DNA from: Octopus bimaculoides
Lineage: Eukaryota
Assembly (NCBI RefSeq): GCF_001194135.2
Contig: NC_068987.1
Span: 92,865,240 to 92,929,239, forward strand
DNA: 64,000 nucleotides
Direction: 5' to 3'
Position 1 is the stretch's first letter; each line of letters opens with the position of its first letter. The notes under the pieces were generated by a model. The model made no database searches. It was not told where the DNA came from and was given only the letters and a program-made list of their open reading frames with translations. Shown in pieces: positions 51,667 through 63,309 of this stretch. The position numbers and the translations under genes were made by a program.

Positions 51667-52624
51667 AGAAATATCACATGCTCATTCGTAAAAAAACTAA
51701 ACTCTGCGATTGAATGATTTGGTAAGCCGCCTCACAATTCTTGCACTGAGCGATGAGACGCAAATGCATCTTCTACATTCATTGCTTCAAATCTTGCTTC
51801 TTTTATTCAGTGACTTCAAATCCATAGATTGGTTCTTATATAATGTACACACGCACACACACACACGTATGTGTGTATATATATATACATGTGTGTATAT
51901 GCATGGTTTACTGAATAGACGGATGTGTTGCAGTTTTATATTTTGTTTTTCATCTTATACATTTTGTATTTCAGAGGGGAGTTCTTAAAGTTCCTTATGC
52001 ATTTGTACAGTTAATTTGGAAGAACTGAGACCCTAAATCAATATCCGACGTTTCTGGACTCATTTTCAGTAACTAAATTTGGATATAGGTGTTGCTTCAT
52101 ATATTCTAGGAGAACTGTTTCACAGTTTCCCTCGAAATTTTCTCCTACCGTTAACATTATTTAACAACAATCATGTTTTAACTTGTTTCATACGTTAAAA
52201 GTTTGACAGTCAGCTTCTTAATGACATTTTCCTAGTAAAATGTGCGTGTAAATATTATCATTATATTGCGATATAATTACATTTTCCATAATTAATTTCC
52301 TATATTCGTCTGTAATTATATAAAAAATTTAACACTGAACAAATAAATACTAAAGCGGTTGAGGATAGAAAATGGAAAAGAAAAATCCTGTTTCTAAGTA
52401 AGATTACGGTTAAAAGCGATATGAAGGGACTTGCGAATGGACTATGCCTGTCGGAATATACGTAAAATATCATAGAAATCATTTCCAAAAGAGTATTCTG
52501 TGTGAATTTAATTATTCATTGCATTGTATAGAATGATGAACTAAGTTGTACTCTTTTAGCGATCAATATCTTATATTGCCCAACGATACAATGTCGATAT
52601 CTCAGTTTTTATCATATATATATA

Positions 52625-52667
<43 letters not shown>

Positions 52668-52877
52668 NNNNNNNNNNNNNNNNNNNNNNNNNNNNNNNNN
52701 NNNNNNNNNNNNNNNNNNNNNNNNNNNNNNNNNNNNNNNNNNNNNNNNNNNACATCCGGACAGTTAGGTGATACAAAAATGGGACAACAAACATCCAGAG
52801 AGACGATACAAAGAAAACAAGGATGGGTCATTCGAAGTTTTCTTTCCTTAGTTGAGGTCCAGATTATCTTCGTAATT

Positions 52878-53352
52878 TCGGCTGATTAATCTCGATATTG
52901 CTCCAATCTGGCCAGCCCCAAGGAAAAACTAAGCGAAGCGCATTAGATTCCTTGGAAGAAAGCAGCGAATGTATACAAAAACAAGGACGGAAAAAACAAA
53001 CGACAATGTTTCTTCTCTTCCCACTTGACCACGGTTCGGCCAAACATGATCTTTGTTTCTTGGCCGTTGTCCGTGCAACATCGATATTCCTTCCTGTGCC
53101 AGTGAAATCTTGTATCCCTGCCCTAAGGCTTTATTTGCACACACGCCAGCTTAATTTATTTCGTCCTTAGTCGAAAGACACCTGTTGTTATGTCCTGTTA
53201 TTATTTTTATTGTTTTTGTCTAACATTGTCCGTTTTTTTCTGTCCTTGTTTTTGTATACATTCGCTGCTTTCTTACAAGGAATCGAATGCTCTTCGCTTA
53301 GTCTTTCCTTGGGGCTGGCCAGATTGGAGCAATCTTGAGTATAATCAGCCGA
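52878..53352. repeat. Long inverted repeat: ~133-bp arms (52878-53010, 53222-53352), 211-bp spacer
   Basis: Arm 1 (TCGGCTGATT...GACAATGTT) aligns with the reverse complement of arm 2 at roughly 85-90% identity by eye. Confidence 0.95.
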
Positions 53353-53414
53353 CATTTCTTGACATATTTTAAACATAATTGCTGGGAGTCCATATTGGCC
53401 TGCTGCATGTATAT

Positions 53415-53630
53415 AACGTGTGTGTGTGCTTGTGCTTGTCTCCAGTACAGGTTGACAACCGTTGTTGGTGTATTTATGTCCCCGTAAACTAGCAAATCGA
53501 CAAAATAGAACGGTGGAACAAATGTCAGACTTAAAAATTTCTCATTACTGCATTCGATTCTTTCAACTAAAATTCTTCAACGTAGTGCCGCAGATTAGCC
53601 GTAGTCTAATGTCAGGAACACGTAACGCAT
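53415..53630 (+). mobile_element. 3' half of SINE (49782 family)
   Basis: GGTTGACAACCGTTGTTGGTGTATTTATGTCCCCGTAAACTAGC...CTAAAATTCTTCAACGTAGTGCCGCAGATTAGCCGTAGTC. Confidence 0.7.
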
Positions 53631-53847
53631 AAAAGCTAATATACACACATATGTTTCCCACCTCTCTTTCTCTGCACAAACACACACACACACAAACACA
53701 CATACACACACAAACACACGCGCACAAATTCACATACACGCATATAGGATGAACTTTTGAATCCCATACCTATGTGCCCTGGTGACCAATAAAAATTGGT
53801 ATTATTATTAAAACATATTCTTTTTGTCACTAGTTGTTATTTCTGTT

Positions 53848-53854
53848 ATGATTC

Positions 53855-53948
<94 letters not shown>

Positions 53949-54050
53949 TCTGTTATTATTATTATTGTTGTTTTTGCTATTATTATTCTTATTACTATTA
54001 TTATTATTATCATTATTATTATTATTATATTAATTGTTATTATCATTTGT
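53848..54050. repeat. (TAT)n microsatellite with a degenerate tail
   Basis: Direct observation. Confidence 0.95.
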
Positions 54051-54659
54051 AGTGTTTTTTTTTGTTTTTGTTGCATTAGTTCTGTTCACATGTTGTTTGA
54101 TGATGTGCAGCAAATGCTTTAAGTGCTTACTCATGTTCAACAGTCCCAATTTCTGCCACATTTCCTTCAGATCTCGCTAGATTCTAAACCAGTGATTCTA
54201 CACAGTGAACATTTTATCAACTCTTTCAAGTGCTTATTCCAAGTTGACTTTAAATGCGAGGAGACAACGCAGGACAATGCAAATTATTAACAATGACAAC
54301 TACACAAATGAAAAGTAAACAATAAATAGAACGACAAATCCAACAACAAAGCCGTTAAAAAACACAATAACCTGGAGACACCAGTATATTGAACGTATGA
54401 TTACAAACAAAATACACACACAAAAACAGAACAACATAACCAACTGTATATAAATATAATTGTGTGTATATATGTGCGCATGTGTGCGTTTATACGTACG
54501 TACATACACACATATACATACATGCATACATACATATATATGTGTGTGTGCGCGCGCACGTGTGTGTATGTGTGTGTATGTATCTATACACACACTCAAT
54601 ATTTGTCACAGAATGACTCAGTGTGAAAAGGCTATAACAAGGGCATCAATAATTCATGA

Positions 54660-54782
54660 ATGATAATATTAATATTGATGATGATGATGTTGATGATGAT
54701 GGTAGTGGTGGTGGTGGAATTGGTGGTGGTAGTGGTGATGATGATGATGATGATGATGACGATGATGATGTTGATGATGAAA
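54660..54782. repeat. (GAT)/(GGT) mosaic trinucleotide tract
   Basis: Direct observation. Confidence 0.9.
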
Positions 54783-56009
54783 TTCTTCACAAATTTAATA
54801 ATAGAAAAATAATTTGGAGGAACATATTCCAGTAGACGTACGCAATACACGGATATACGTATTATGTCAAGTGTGACTAAATAATGGATGGTATGTTTAT
54901 TTATACAATTCTTGGGATGTTGCCACTACTAATAAACAGGATTTCAGTCTTGGCCACCACTAAATTCATACATAAGGAATGATAGACCATGTTTTCTACT
55001 GTATATCAAGGGATTTATGTGTAGCCCACACATATGCACCACAAACCCACGCACATACATATACATATGTGTTTATACATATATGATATTATACAGGAAG
55101 TGGAATTGTCACTAATTGACTTTCTTCCCTTTTCCCCCTGTTTTTTCTTCACAATCTTTAGGAAATCTTCCAATATCTTTACATTCCCATGTACCCTGTC
55201 ATCTTTCCATCATCTTTGGCAATAATTAAAAAAAATATCTTCATCCCGATATTTTCGGCACTTTTTCCAAACTTGTCGTTACAACTTTCCTGAAAATATT
55301 ATTCATATCTCCCTCCAGTATTCCTAATTCATTTTCCATTTCGTCTTTATTTTATTCCATTTACGACAATCACCCCGAATGTTGAACTATTGACCATTCC
55401 ACCAAAGCAGTACTCTAGTTGCTCTGCTTTCCTTTCAATTAATTATGTTTTTTCCCACTATCACTTCCCATACTGCTACGCATAATCATTTACCTTAATT
55501 ATTATGACAGTAATTTACATAATCGTTTACCTATAATATGCATTGGGGAGCGCAAACAGTTGGCGTTGCATATTTTATTGAATATATAGAGAAAACAACT
55601 CTCCCGGATTGCGCAATAATACCAATCGGCTTGATGAAAAATACGAATTACATTTTCAGCGTTTCTTCTTGATAAATAACGTGGTTCAAACTCCATGCTG
55701 GCCGATCTACAAATATGATGGTTTCAAGCTGTTTAGATTATAAGTCTGGAGAGATAAGGAGTCATGCTTTCTAAAACTTTGTGTCACCGTTGCCTCATTT
55801 ATAGAGAGAAATATTACCTAGGATTATCCTGCTTAGACTATATCTATGCGGCAGTATCTTAAGCTGATGCCTTAGACAAAGTGTGCCCTAATAAATAGGA
55901 TAATATTGCGGACATTTCACCAGGACAGGAAAAAAACATAACGGTTTGACGGCACATTGGTCATGAAGTTGTATGATATGCACATACGAAAACAGCACCT
56001 TATAACCCA

Positions 56010-56200
56010 GTCTTCTACAACATTGCAAGTGATTTAATACACCTTCTTAACAATAAAAACAGGTATAAAATTTCAGAGGCAGTTTCAAGATGTCATCATG
56101 AACTCTATACACGATATTGAGAAGTCCAACAAGCAACATACGATATCTGACAAAACAGGAAATATATATACCATGCAAGACTTCATGTATTTAACTTTAT
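56010..56200 (+). pseudogene. Penelope-like pre-RT fragment
   Basis: IASDLIHLLNN..; FQRQFQDVIMNSIHDIEKSNKQHTISDKTGNIYTM resembles PLE FQxxLxxDIxxIKxSxKxxVxADKTxNxY. Confidence 0.5.
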
Positions 56201-57235
56201 ATTTGATATAGTTACAAGCAGTTTAGTGTGATACCTGAACATTTATTAATGGCTAAGCTTGTACATTAGCGATTATGTTTGAAGCAGATGACAGAATGGA
56301 ACCGTATGATCACAAAAGTCCCCATTCTTGTCTTAAGGACCATAAATGAAATTCGCACTCAATTAGATTAATTGGCTAACATGTGCTTCATTATTAATAA
56401 ATTTGAACACGTAGTATTAATATTTCGGTAAAATCACTGATTTCTCTGCTAGAATAGTTTAAATTAAACATGTCGATAATATATTTCTGTAACAAGCTAG
56501 AAATGTAGCTAAACTGCGAAGTTTCAATTAATTAAATACACAGTTATATCACAGCACTCCTAAGTAACGCTATTCGCTCATTTTACACAAGCTATTTTCA
56601 GCAATACATAACGAATTTCATTTATAATGTAGAATTTGGACAATAAAATAAAATGAAATTACGTTTCTCAGTAATATTTAACGAATAACGAGTGAAGTGT
56701 CTGATAAAATACAATAAATATTCTCAGGATGGGGAATATGAAATCAAATTCAATTTTTGCGATTGACGAACGAAAGTTAGGAAATATCTGACATAAGGAA
56801 CCAAAAATAGAAGTCGAGAAACCCAGCGATAATCTGCATCGTCAGATCTAAGTTAATAAAATTCTTCAATAAAATATTACGATTATGACAAAAGGAGGCA
56901 TATGCGTAAGAAAGGAGAATGTGATTCAAATTATATTAACTTAGGTGAGTTGATGAGGCAGCGGAATTATTTGTAATACGGTGTAATGCGGCCAGGCAAT
57001 GAGGAACTACATATGTATTTATTACACACACATTTTCCCTCACACTCAGTCTAAGATATACCATACACCAACACGCACGCACACACACATACGTNNNNNN
57101 NNNNNNNNNNNNNNNNNNNNNNNNNNNNNNNNNNNNNNNNNNNNNNNNNNNNNNNNNNNNNNNNNNNNNNNNNNNNNNNNNNNNNNNNNNNNNNNNNNNN
57201 NNNNNNNNNNNNNNNNNNNNNNNNNNNNNNNNNNN

Positions 57236-57279
<44 letters not shown>

Positions 57280-57641
57280 GTATCTGTATACATAGTTTGG
57301 ACAAAAGAATAAAAGCAGCTTATTACGTGAAACTTTTTTTGTTAAATGCGGAGTTCATCAACTTTTGGCATAACTCAAAGCTTGATATGTTGTATCATTG
57401 ACACTTGCAGGTTTTGAACATTTGTTCGGTGTATATTCTGCCATTTCTCAAGTAAAACCATAGCCTCCATGTCATTTACCCGCTTATCACTTGCTGTTCG
57501 AAAATGCAACATAAATGTCCGATTATATTGGGATCCGGTAAATGTGAGTACCAATTCAACTTGTTTAATTCCCTTTCGTGATCTTCGTACAAACGTTAGT
57601 TATTTGAATTGGTGCATTATCTTCGTAGATTAAGGAACATA

Positions 57642-57848
57642 TGGGTTGAAGGCGAGTCAGCTAGCCAGTCCAAATTTTTATATGATCATAGCTTGTAAAA
57701 ACATGAGGCGGTATGCCCGGAAATTGCATACCTAGGAGGCGAACATTTACATATGAAGTAAAATCAGATCTAGTGCGTTTAATATTACATTATAAATATG
57801 CCATGAGCATATTAGTCGTGGACTGGTTAGGTTATTTGCCTTCAACCA
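57642..57848. mobile_element. TA-flanked palindromic MITE (Tc1/mariner-type TSD)
   Basis: TA|TGGGTTGAAGGC...GCCTTCAACCA|TA. Imperfect inverted arms extend about 50 bp, with an internal hairpin GGTATGC/GCATACC (57710-57732). Confidence 0.65.
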
Positions 57849-58202
57849 TAGCGGTTGCGTGATGCTAAGGAGCCACAAAACTGGGCTCAAAAATACCGAT
57901 GATTATCACTCCCAAATGAGATGGAGTGTGCTCTTAAATGTTTTAATTCTTTCTGTTTTCCTCGCATACTGTTTTTCCCTGTCATCTTGGTGCGGTACGG
58001 TGGAGTAATTTAAGACTTTAGCTCTTATTTCTAGCAGGTAGATGCTTGCTAAGCATCATTACGCTTCGTGCAAATTTATAATCCTTAACTATTTAATGAT
58101 ATTGCGCCAGCGATCCATCTATGTCACTGCTGGTATTATAATCAATTTTAAAATTTATTCACAGATATATATATATATATATATAGAATATGAGGGGTTT
58201 AG

Positions 58203-58380
58203 TACAGTTCTATATTTAAGAGTTGAAGAATTATGTACATTATCTACATTTGACGGATATTTGTCCTCAGCTTGTTTGTCGTTAACACAATGTTTCGCCT
58301 GATATACCCTCCAGCCTTCATCAGGTGCCTTGGGGAAATTTAGAATGTGAGTTCTCATTCCTAAGGTATTTTTCAATGTT
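58203..58380 (-). mobile_element. Penelope pLTR-like segment carrying a hammerhead ribozyme motif
   Basis: Contains the HHR core at 58284-58329 and sits between a (TA)n tract and an (AAT)n/(AAC)n tract. Confidence 0.6.
58284..58329 (-). ncRNA. Minimal type I hammerhead ribozyme motif, degenerate in this copy
   Basis: Minus strand reads GGCAC-CUGAUGA-A-GGCUG-gaggguauau-CAGGC-GAAAC-AUU^GUGUU. Stem I is GGCAC/GUGUU, stem II has 4 of 5 pairs, and the CUGAUGA and GAAA cores are intact. Stem III would be the self-complementary AACGUU if the A at 58291 were G. Confidence 0.75.
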
Positions 58381-58418
58381 GTTGTTGTTATTATTATGAT
58401 TATTATTATTATTATTAT

Positions 58419-58500
58419 TCAGGTCACTGCCTGGAACCGAACTAGGAACCTTGGAGTTAGTAGCCCGCGCTCTTAACCACTACGCCATATTCTATGGGCA
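58419..58500 (-). mobile_element. tRNA-like Pol III head (A and B boxes) followed by (AAT)n
   Basis: A box TGGCGTAGTGG (58487-58477), TTAAG, anticodon-like loop CTACTAA, B box AGTTCGGTTCC (58443-58433), then AGGCAGTGACCTG(AAT)n. It lacks a proper acceptor stem, so it is not called a tRNA gene. Confidence 0.8.
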
Positions 58501-58804
58501 TATATATATATATATAAATTAAGAAATGGAATTAAACCTTGCAATTTCTACCTTCAACACCTGCGTTTGATTCCATTTCTTAATTGATCTATGTTATATA
58601 AAATCATTTCACTAAACAGTGGAATGTCTACTTTTATACATAGGCTGTGACATCCTCGGCACTTATGTGAATTTTTGCTTCCCTGGTAACTAATTTTTCC
58701 GTCTTATTTGGAGAAAAAAAAAACACGCACACACACACATATATATGTATATACATACATAGTACACGCACACACACACTTTCACACACACATATATCGT
58801 TCTT

Positions 58805-59187
58805 TACTGTTTTACGTGCTTCATTTATTTGACTGTGGTCATGCTGCGGATCCGGCTCGAAGTGTTTTAGTCGAAGAAATCGACTCTGTGACTGGTTTTT
58901 AAAACCTTGTATATATTTTATCGGTTTCTTATTCCGAACCGCTAATTTACGGGTACGTAAACCCTCCAACACCAGTTATCAAGCGGTGGCGGGAGACAAG
59001 GACAGACACAAAAACATACACACATAGATGTATACATATATATTTATGACAAGCTTCTTTCAGGTTTCGTCTATCAAATCGTCACAAGGCTTATTTCGGC
59101 CAGAGGCTAAAGTAGAAGACATTTGCCGAAGGCGCCACGCATTGGAGCCGAACCTCAGAAACATGTGGTTTAGAAGCCAGAATCTTA

Positions 59188-59190
<3 letters not shown>
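58805..59190 (-). mobile_element. Near full-length SINE (49782 family)
   Basis: Reverse complement reads GTGGTAAGATTCTGGCTTCTAAACCACATGTTTCTGAGGTTCGGCTCCAATGCGTGGCGCCTTCGGCAAATGTCTTCTACTTTAGCCTC..., then a central simple repeat and 3' body. Confidence 0.85.

Positions 59191-59270
<80 letters not shown>
59188..59270. repeat. (CA)n microsatellite
   Basis: Direct observation. Confidence 0.95.
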
Positions 59271-59479
59271 NNNNNNNNNNCACATGTAGATTTGTATCTA
59301 CGTATTGATATATACATAGATTCTGTATGCGTGTATATATTTTTGCATCTATGTGATTGTGTGTGTGTGTCTGTTTGAATGTATATAACAAGCCTAACGT
59401 TATCGGGATAAGAATCTCTATGGAGACCAACCCACAAAACAGAGACAATATAAGACAATAGATTTGGAATGAAAAACGT

Positions 59480-59650
59480 ACGTAAACAACTGGCACAAAC
59501 GTACATATCCCAAACACATCTCACAAAGGAATATCCTAGTGCATTCGATATCTTGGCAGTAACATTCAGAGCAGTGGTGTCAACAGCGTCAGAATTATAA
59601 ACGCTCATTGGAATTAGTAGACAAGATGTGGATCCCAAACTTAAGCTCAA
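59480..59650 (+). pseudogene. Possible hAT transposase C-terminal (dimerisation domain) remnant
   Basis: KEYPSAFDILAVTFRAVVSTASEL*TLIGISRQDVDPKLKL loosely resembles EYPxLxxxAxxxLxxFxSTYxCE...SxxxP. Confidence 0.25.
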
Positions 59651-60199
59651 TGTGGTTAGTAAGTCGACATCTTCTTAGAGTTACAAAACACGGATAGAAA
59701 CTGAAATCTCTAACATAAATTGTCGTCTTTTCAGTAGCTACAAACTACAGAAATTGAATGAAACGTATTTGAGAAAATAGAAACAAATAAATCTATGTTC
59801 TCTTGATTAGACGTATTTGAGAAATAGTATGGACGGAGGACGGAGCTTCGTGGAACAATAGTATATGAATTTTGTGGGACTTTAAAGTGCTAACGGAGAG
59901 AGTGATCAAACATAGACAAATGGGCAACATATTGGTGGTTAGCCATGAAGGATACAGCAGTCCCGGGTGGGCATAATGTAACTACTAATAAAGTCGATTA
60001 AAACTGCACAGTTCAGTGTATAATGCGAAGGATTATGGAACAGAACAATACATTTTCCTATTGCGACAGAATCAGTGATTTCTATCCCAAAGAAATGGCT
60101 ACGATTCCTTCACTAAAATAATAATCAAATATGATATCGATACCCTAGAAAAAAAACAAAATCTACTATATTACGTACAGCTGATATCTTGTGAAAGTC

Positions 60200-60710
60200 T
60201 CAGACGTGTTGAGATCGATCCCTAGAACTCTTATAACCACTGGAATTACTTTTATAGGAACCATTCAAAGTCTTCGCATTTCCCTCAGTCAATATTGATT
60301 TTTCTTTGTGTTTTCCCCTGTTCTATGACCACTGCATTCATATTCGTAGATACAGCCATATCTATGATGATCCACTCTTTTGACACTCTGTCCAGAATGG
60401 TAACATATGGTCGTCTTGCTTGATTATCATGTCCACTCTATACAGGAAATCCTTAAATCTTCTAATTGATAATTTTCCGTTACACTCTTTTAGTTGATGT
60501 TGGTACCATTTTCTGCTTGCTTCAAATCTTCTTTGTTCTGGCTTGTCCCAGGGTAATACTGATCGATCTAGTCTGCGTTGATACTGCTTCAGAGTGAAAG
60601 GACTTCAAAAAGCTTATTATGTTCACAACGCACATTTCTTTCTCCTTAAATATTCTGCATTTATCTGTCTCCTCACTTCGGTGTAATCTTGCCTTGGTGA
60701 CATTTATTCG
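60200..60710 (-). mobile_element. R4/Dong 3' region (zinc knuckle and RLE), degraded
   Basis: KARLHRSEETDKCRIF; KWYQHQ; RPYVTILDRVSKEWIIIDMAV; KVIPVVIRVLG. Confidence 0.75.
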
Positions 60711-60762
60711 TAATACCTGTTTTTGACTAGCAATTCATTCTTGTCAATATTACCATTATAAA

Positions 60763-60985
60763 GGCGGCGAGCTGGCAGAATCGTTAGCACGCCTGGTAAA
60801 ATCTAAGCGACATTTCGTTCATCGCTACGTTCTGAGTTCAAATTCCACAGAGGTCGACCTTGCCTTTCGCGCTTTCGGAGTCGATGAAATAAATACCAGT
60901 TAAGCACTGGACTCAATGTAATCGACAAGCACCCCATCGCCTAAAGTGTCAAGCCTTATATTCATAGTAAAAAGGATTATTATTA
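60763..60985 (+). mobile_element. Full-length tRNA-derived SINE with (ATT)n tail
   Basis: GGCGGCGAGCTGGCAGAATCGTTAGCACGCC..., B-box-like GAGTTCAAATTCC, body, ends GGATTATTATTATT. Confidence 0.9.
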
Positions 60986-60990
60986 TTACT

Positions 60991-61494
60991 GAGTGAGAGA
61001 GCAACGTATGCCATCAAAGTGACAACGGAGTAAAATATACGAAGCCCAGTATCCCCATAATGACTACCCGTCTGATAAGAGTACACCAAGCACATGCCTC
61101 ACAAACATATTTGCGCGACATAGTGACCTTATATCAAGATAACTGGGCCCCATCTTTCAGGTGGGGCTCAGTTAAAATTTTCTTCAGGTCAAGTAGTCCA
61201 TCCTTCTCAAATGTCCCCGAATAAGGGGTTGTTTAAGGATGCTGAACGAAACACCCAGGTTTTCTAAAAGTGAATTATTCAAACCCCAAAGAGTCCCTCT
61301 CAACACATGGCTATGGTGCTCCCTCACAACTACTCGTGACCAGAGATACAAATATCGTGAGCCACTAACGGACATGCTCAACTGACAAGCAAGTCTGTGG
61401 TATTGAGCAGAATATTTGCTGTAGACAATCTTTTATACCAGACAAGATATGTACATGATAACATTTGGTATTGAGCAGAATATTTCCTGTAGCC

Positions 61495-61495
<1 letters not shown>
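60991..61495 (-). mobile_element. Non-coding (AAT)n-embedded interspersed element, copy 3
   Basis: Reverse complement of copies 1 and 2, flanked on both sides by (ATT)n. Carries a ~28-bp terminal duplication (GGTATTGAGCAGAATATTT.CTGTAG twice). Confidence 0.85.

Positions 61496-61551
<56 letters not shown>
61496..61551. repeat. (ATT)n microsatellite
   Basis: Direct observation. Confidence 0.95.
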
Positions 61552-61552
<1 letters not shown>

Positions 61553-63309
61553 AGCAGTCTTGCTATTGTAAAAGCTATCATATACGATTTATAATGATAA
61601 TCATCACCACTATTGCTACCATCCACGTCAATTCTGGCTCCATGAGATTACATGGCCATAATCACAATCGTAATCTTCAGCTCAATTTTCACGACCAGCA
61701 TCATCGAATTGATCCTCCAGCCTGTTCATAGTTTTGTTGTTGATAAGTTAAATGATAACAAAATCGATTTATATAACGGGGACGATGGTGGTAATAAAAG
61801 GAAATTGTGCATCCTTTGATATCGGTATTTATGATAAACCGTGTTGAGTGTTTCTCTATGTATGCCTAATGAATTGAGACAAGCCCTTCTTCATATATAT
61901 TAAATCGCATTTCCTATAACTTCGTCTCTTATCCATTCCAAAGCCTATTCAGTCTTTTCTCTACTTTCCTTTCACTGACTCCCCTATGTGTAAATACATA
62001 CATACATACATACATACATACATACTTAGACACGCACGCAAGCACATAGAAACGCACCCGTATATATACATACGTACAATATGTGTGCATGAGTGTGTGC
62101 ATCATGCTATCTAGCTGATTGCTTAGAATATATATCTTTTATATCGCAATAAATCAATAGAGCGCAGGGAAGCCGACAGCAAAGTCTAGTCAGTAACGAA
62201 GATATCTAAAAATCTGTACAATATCGGTGTGTGTGAGAATATGAGTGGTTATCAATATGCATTTGTATATGTATATTTGGTCTGTGGGTGTGTGAGATTG
62301 AAATATTTAAATATGTACCGAATGAAATATTGCTGGAAGAAATCACATATAATAATAATAAATACTTTACTTTCTTAACCGCACTCGACAGGCTTATATT
62401 GGAACAGAGAACAAGGAATAAACCTTCTATTATAAATGAATTTAAAATGAAGATGAAAATGTAAAACTGAAATTAACAAAATAATTGTTAAAGCAAATTA
62501 TTTTGAGAATTTTTTAAAACCCTGGAACCAGAGAGGATTATCCACTTTCAAACGTGAGCGTTTCGCCAAGTTAGTTTGAATCGGGACTTTACACAATTCC
62601 ATCTCTCCGCCTTTCCGGAATCTGAGTTGCTAGTGCACCCAAAAGTAATTGTGAAATTTTGCATTTGACAGATTGAAATCGATCCCAATGGGCTTCCGTT
62701 TCGCATTCAGTTTTTACTCATAATAATTTCTTGAGAACTTTACTGATATTCTCTCTTCAGCATTTTTATATCACTTGTTTGGAAACCCTTTGAGGGAATA
62801 GCTTTTCTCTAAGTTATCAGGTCACTGTGACATTATTATGCATTTTCTAGTTAGCATTATAATGCATTTTCTAGTTAGCCCTAATTATGTCAACAACACG
62901 CAAGTTTACTGTTATGAATTATCCTTCTCAATACATTTAATTGCATATTTTGAGGATCATAGTGTGACATTTACGCCATCTGTCTTTACCAACAAGTTGA
63001 CATTTAGAGACGATTTGCTGTCTTTGACTGTCATGTTATCATTCTCCTTCCGAAAAAGAAACAAAGGCGCATGGTGTCGCTCGTTAGTACGAAAAAATTG
63101 TAAAACAGTTAGTACGGAAAAATTACTTCTGAAATTTCTTTCAATACTGGAAAATGTGAGCGTTTCGCCATTTTTAGGACATTAACGGATGGTGCGCGAG
63201 AGACAGGTGTTTGCCTTTCTTGCTACTCTTTATATTGTGTCGACTTTACTTTTCCTTGATTTTCCAGGTCACATATATTTCTGTTGTCTTTTTTATACCA
63301 ACATTCTCA

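Noticed and set aside
55120-55400. APE-like motifs on the minus strand (ILEGDMN; KILEDFLK)
   Set aside because: Only two short motifs in purine-rich sequence; insufficient without a search.
58419-58500. Genuine tRNA gene
   Set aside because: A and B boxes are present, but there is no proper acceptor stem and it runs into (AAT)n, so it is treated as a SINE head.
23104-61551. CRISPR-like or other repeat-spacer array
   Set aside because: The repeats are dispersed retroelements and microsatellites, with no regular repeat-spacer periodicity.
62553-63170. 15-bp direct repeat GTGAGCGTTTCGCCA about 600 bp apart, plus short tandem duplications at 7530-7620, 13960, 17460, 25825, 45200 and 62855
   Set aside because: Too short to define LTRs or a TSD; ordinary slippage duplications.
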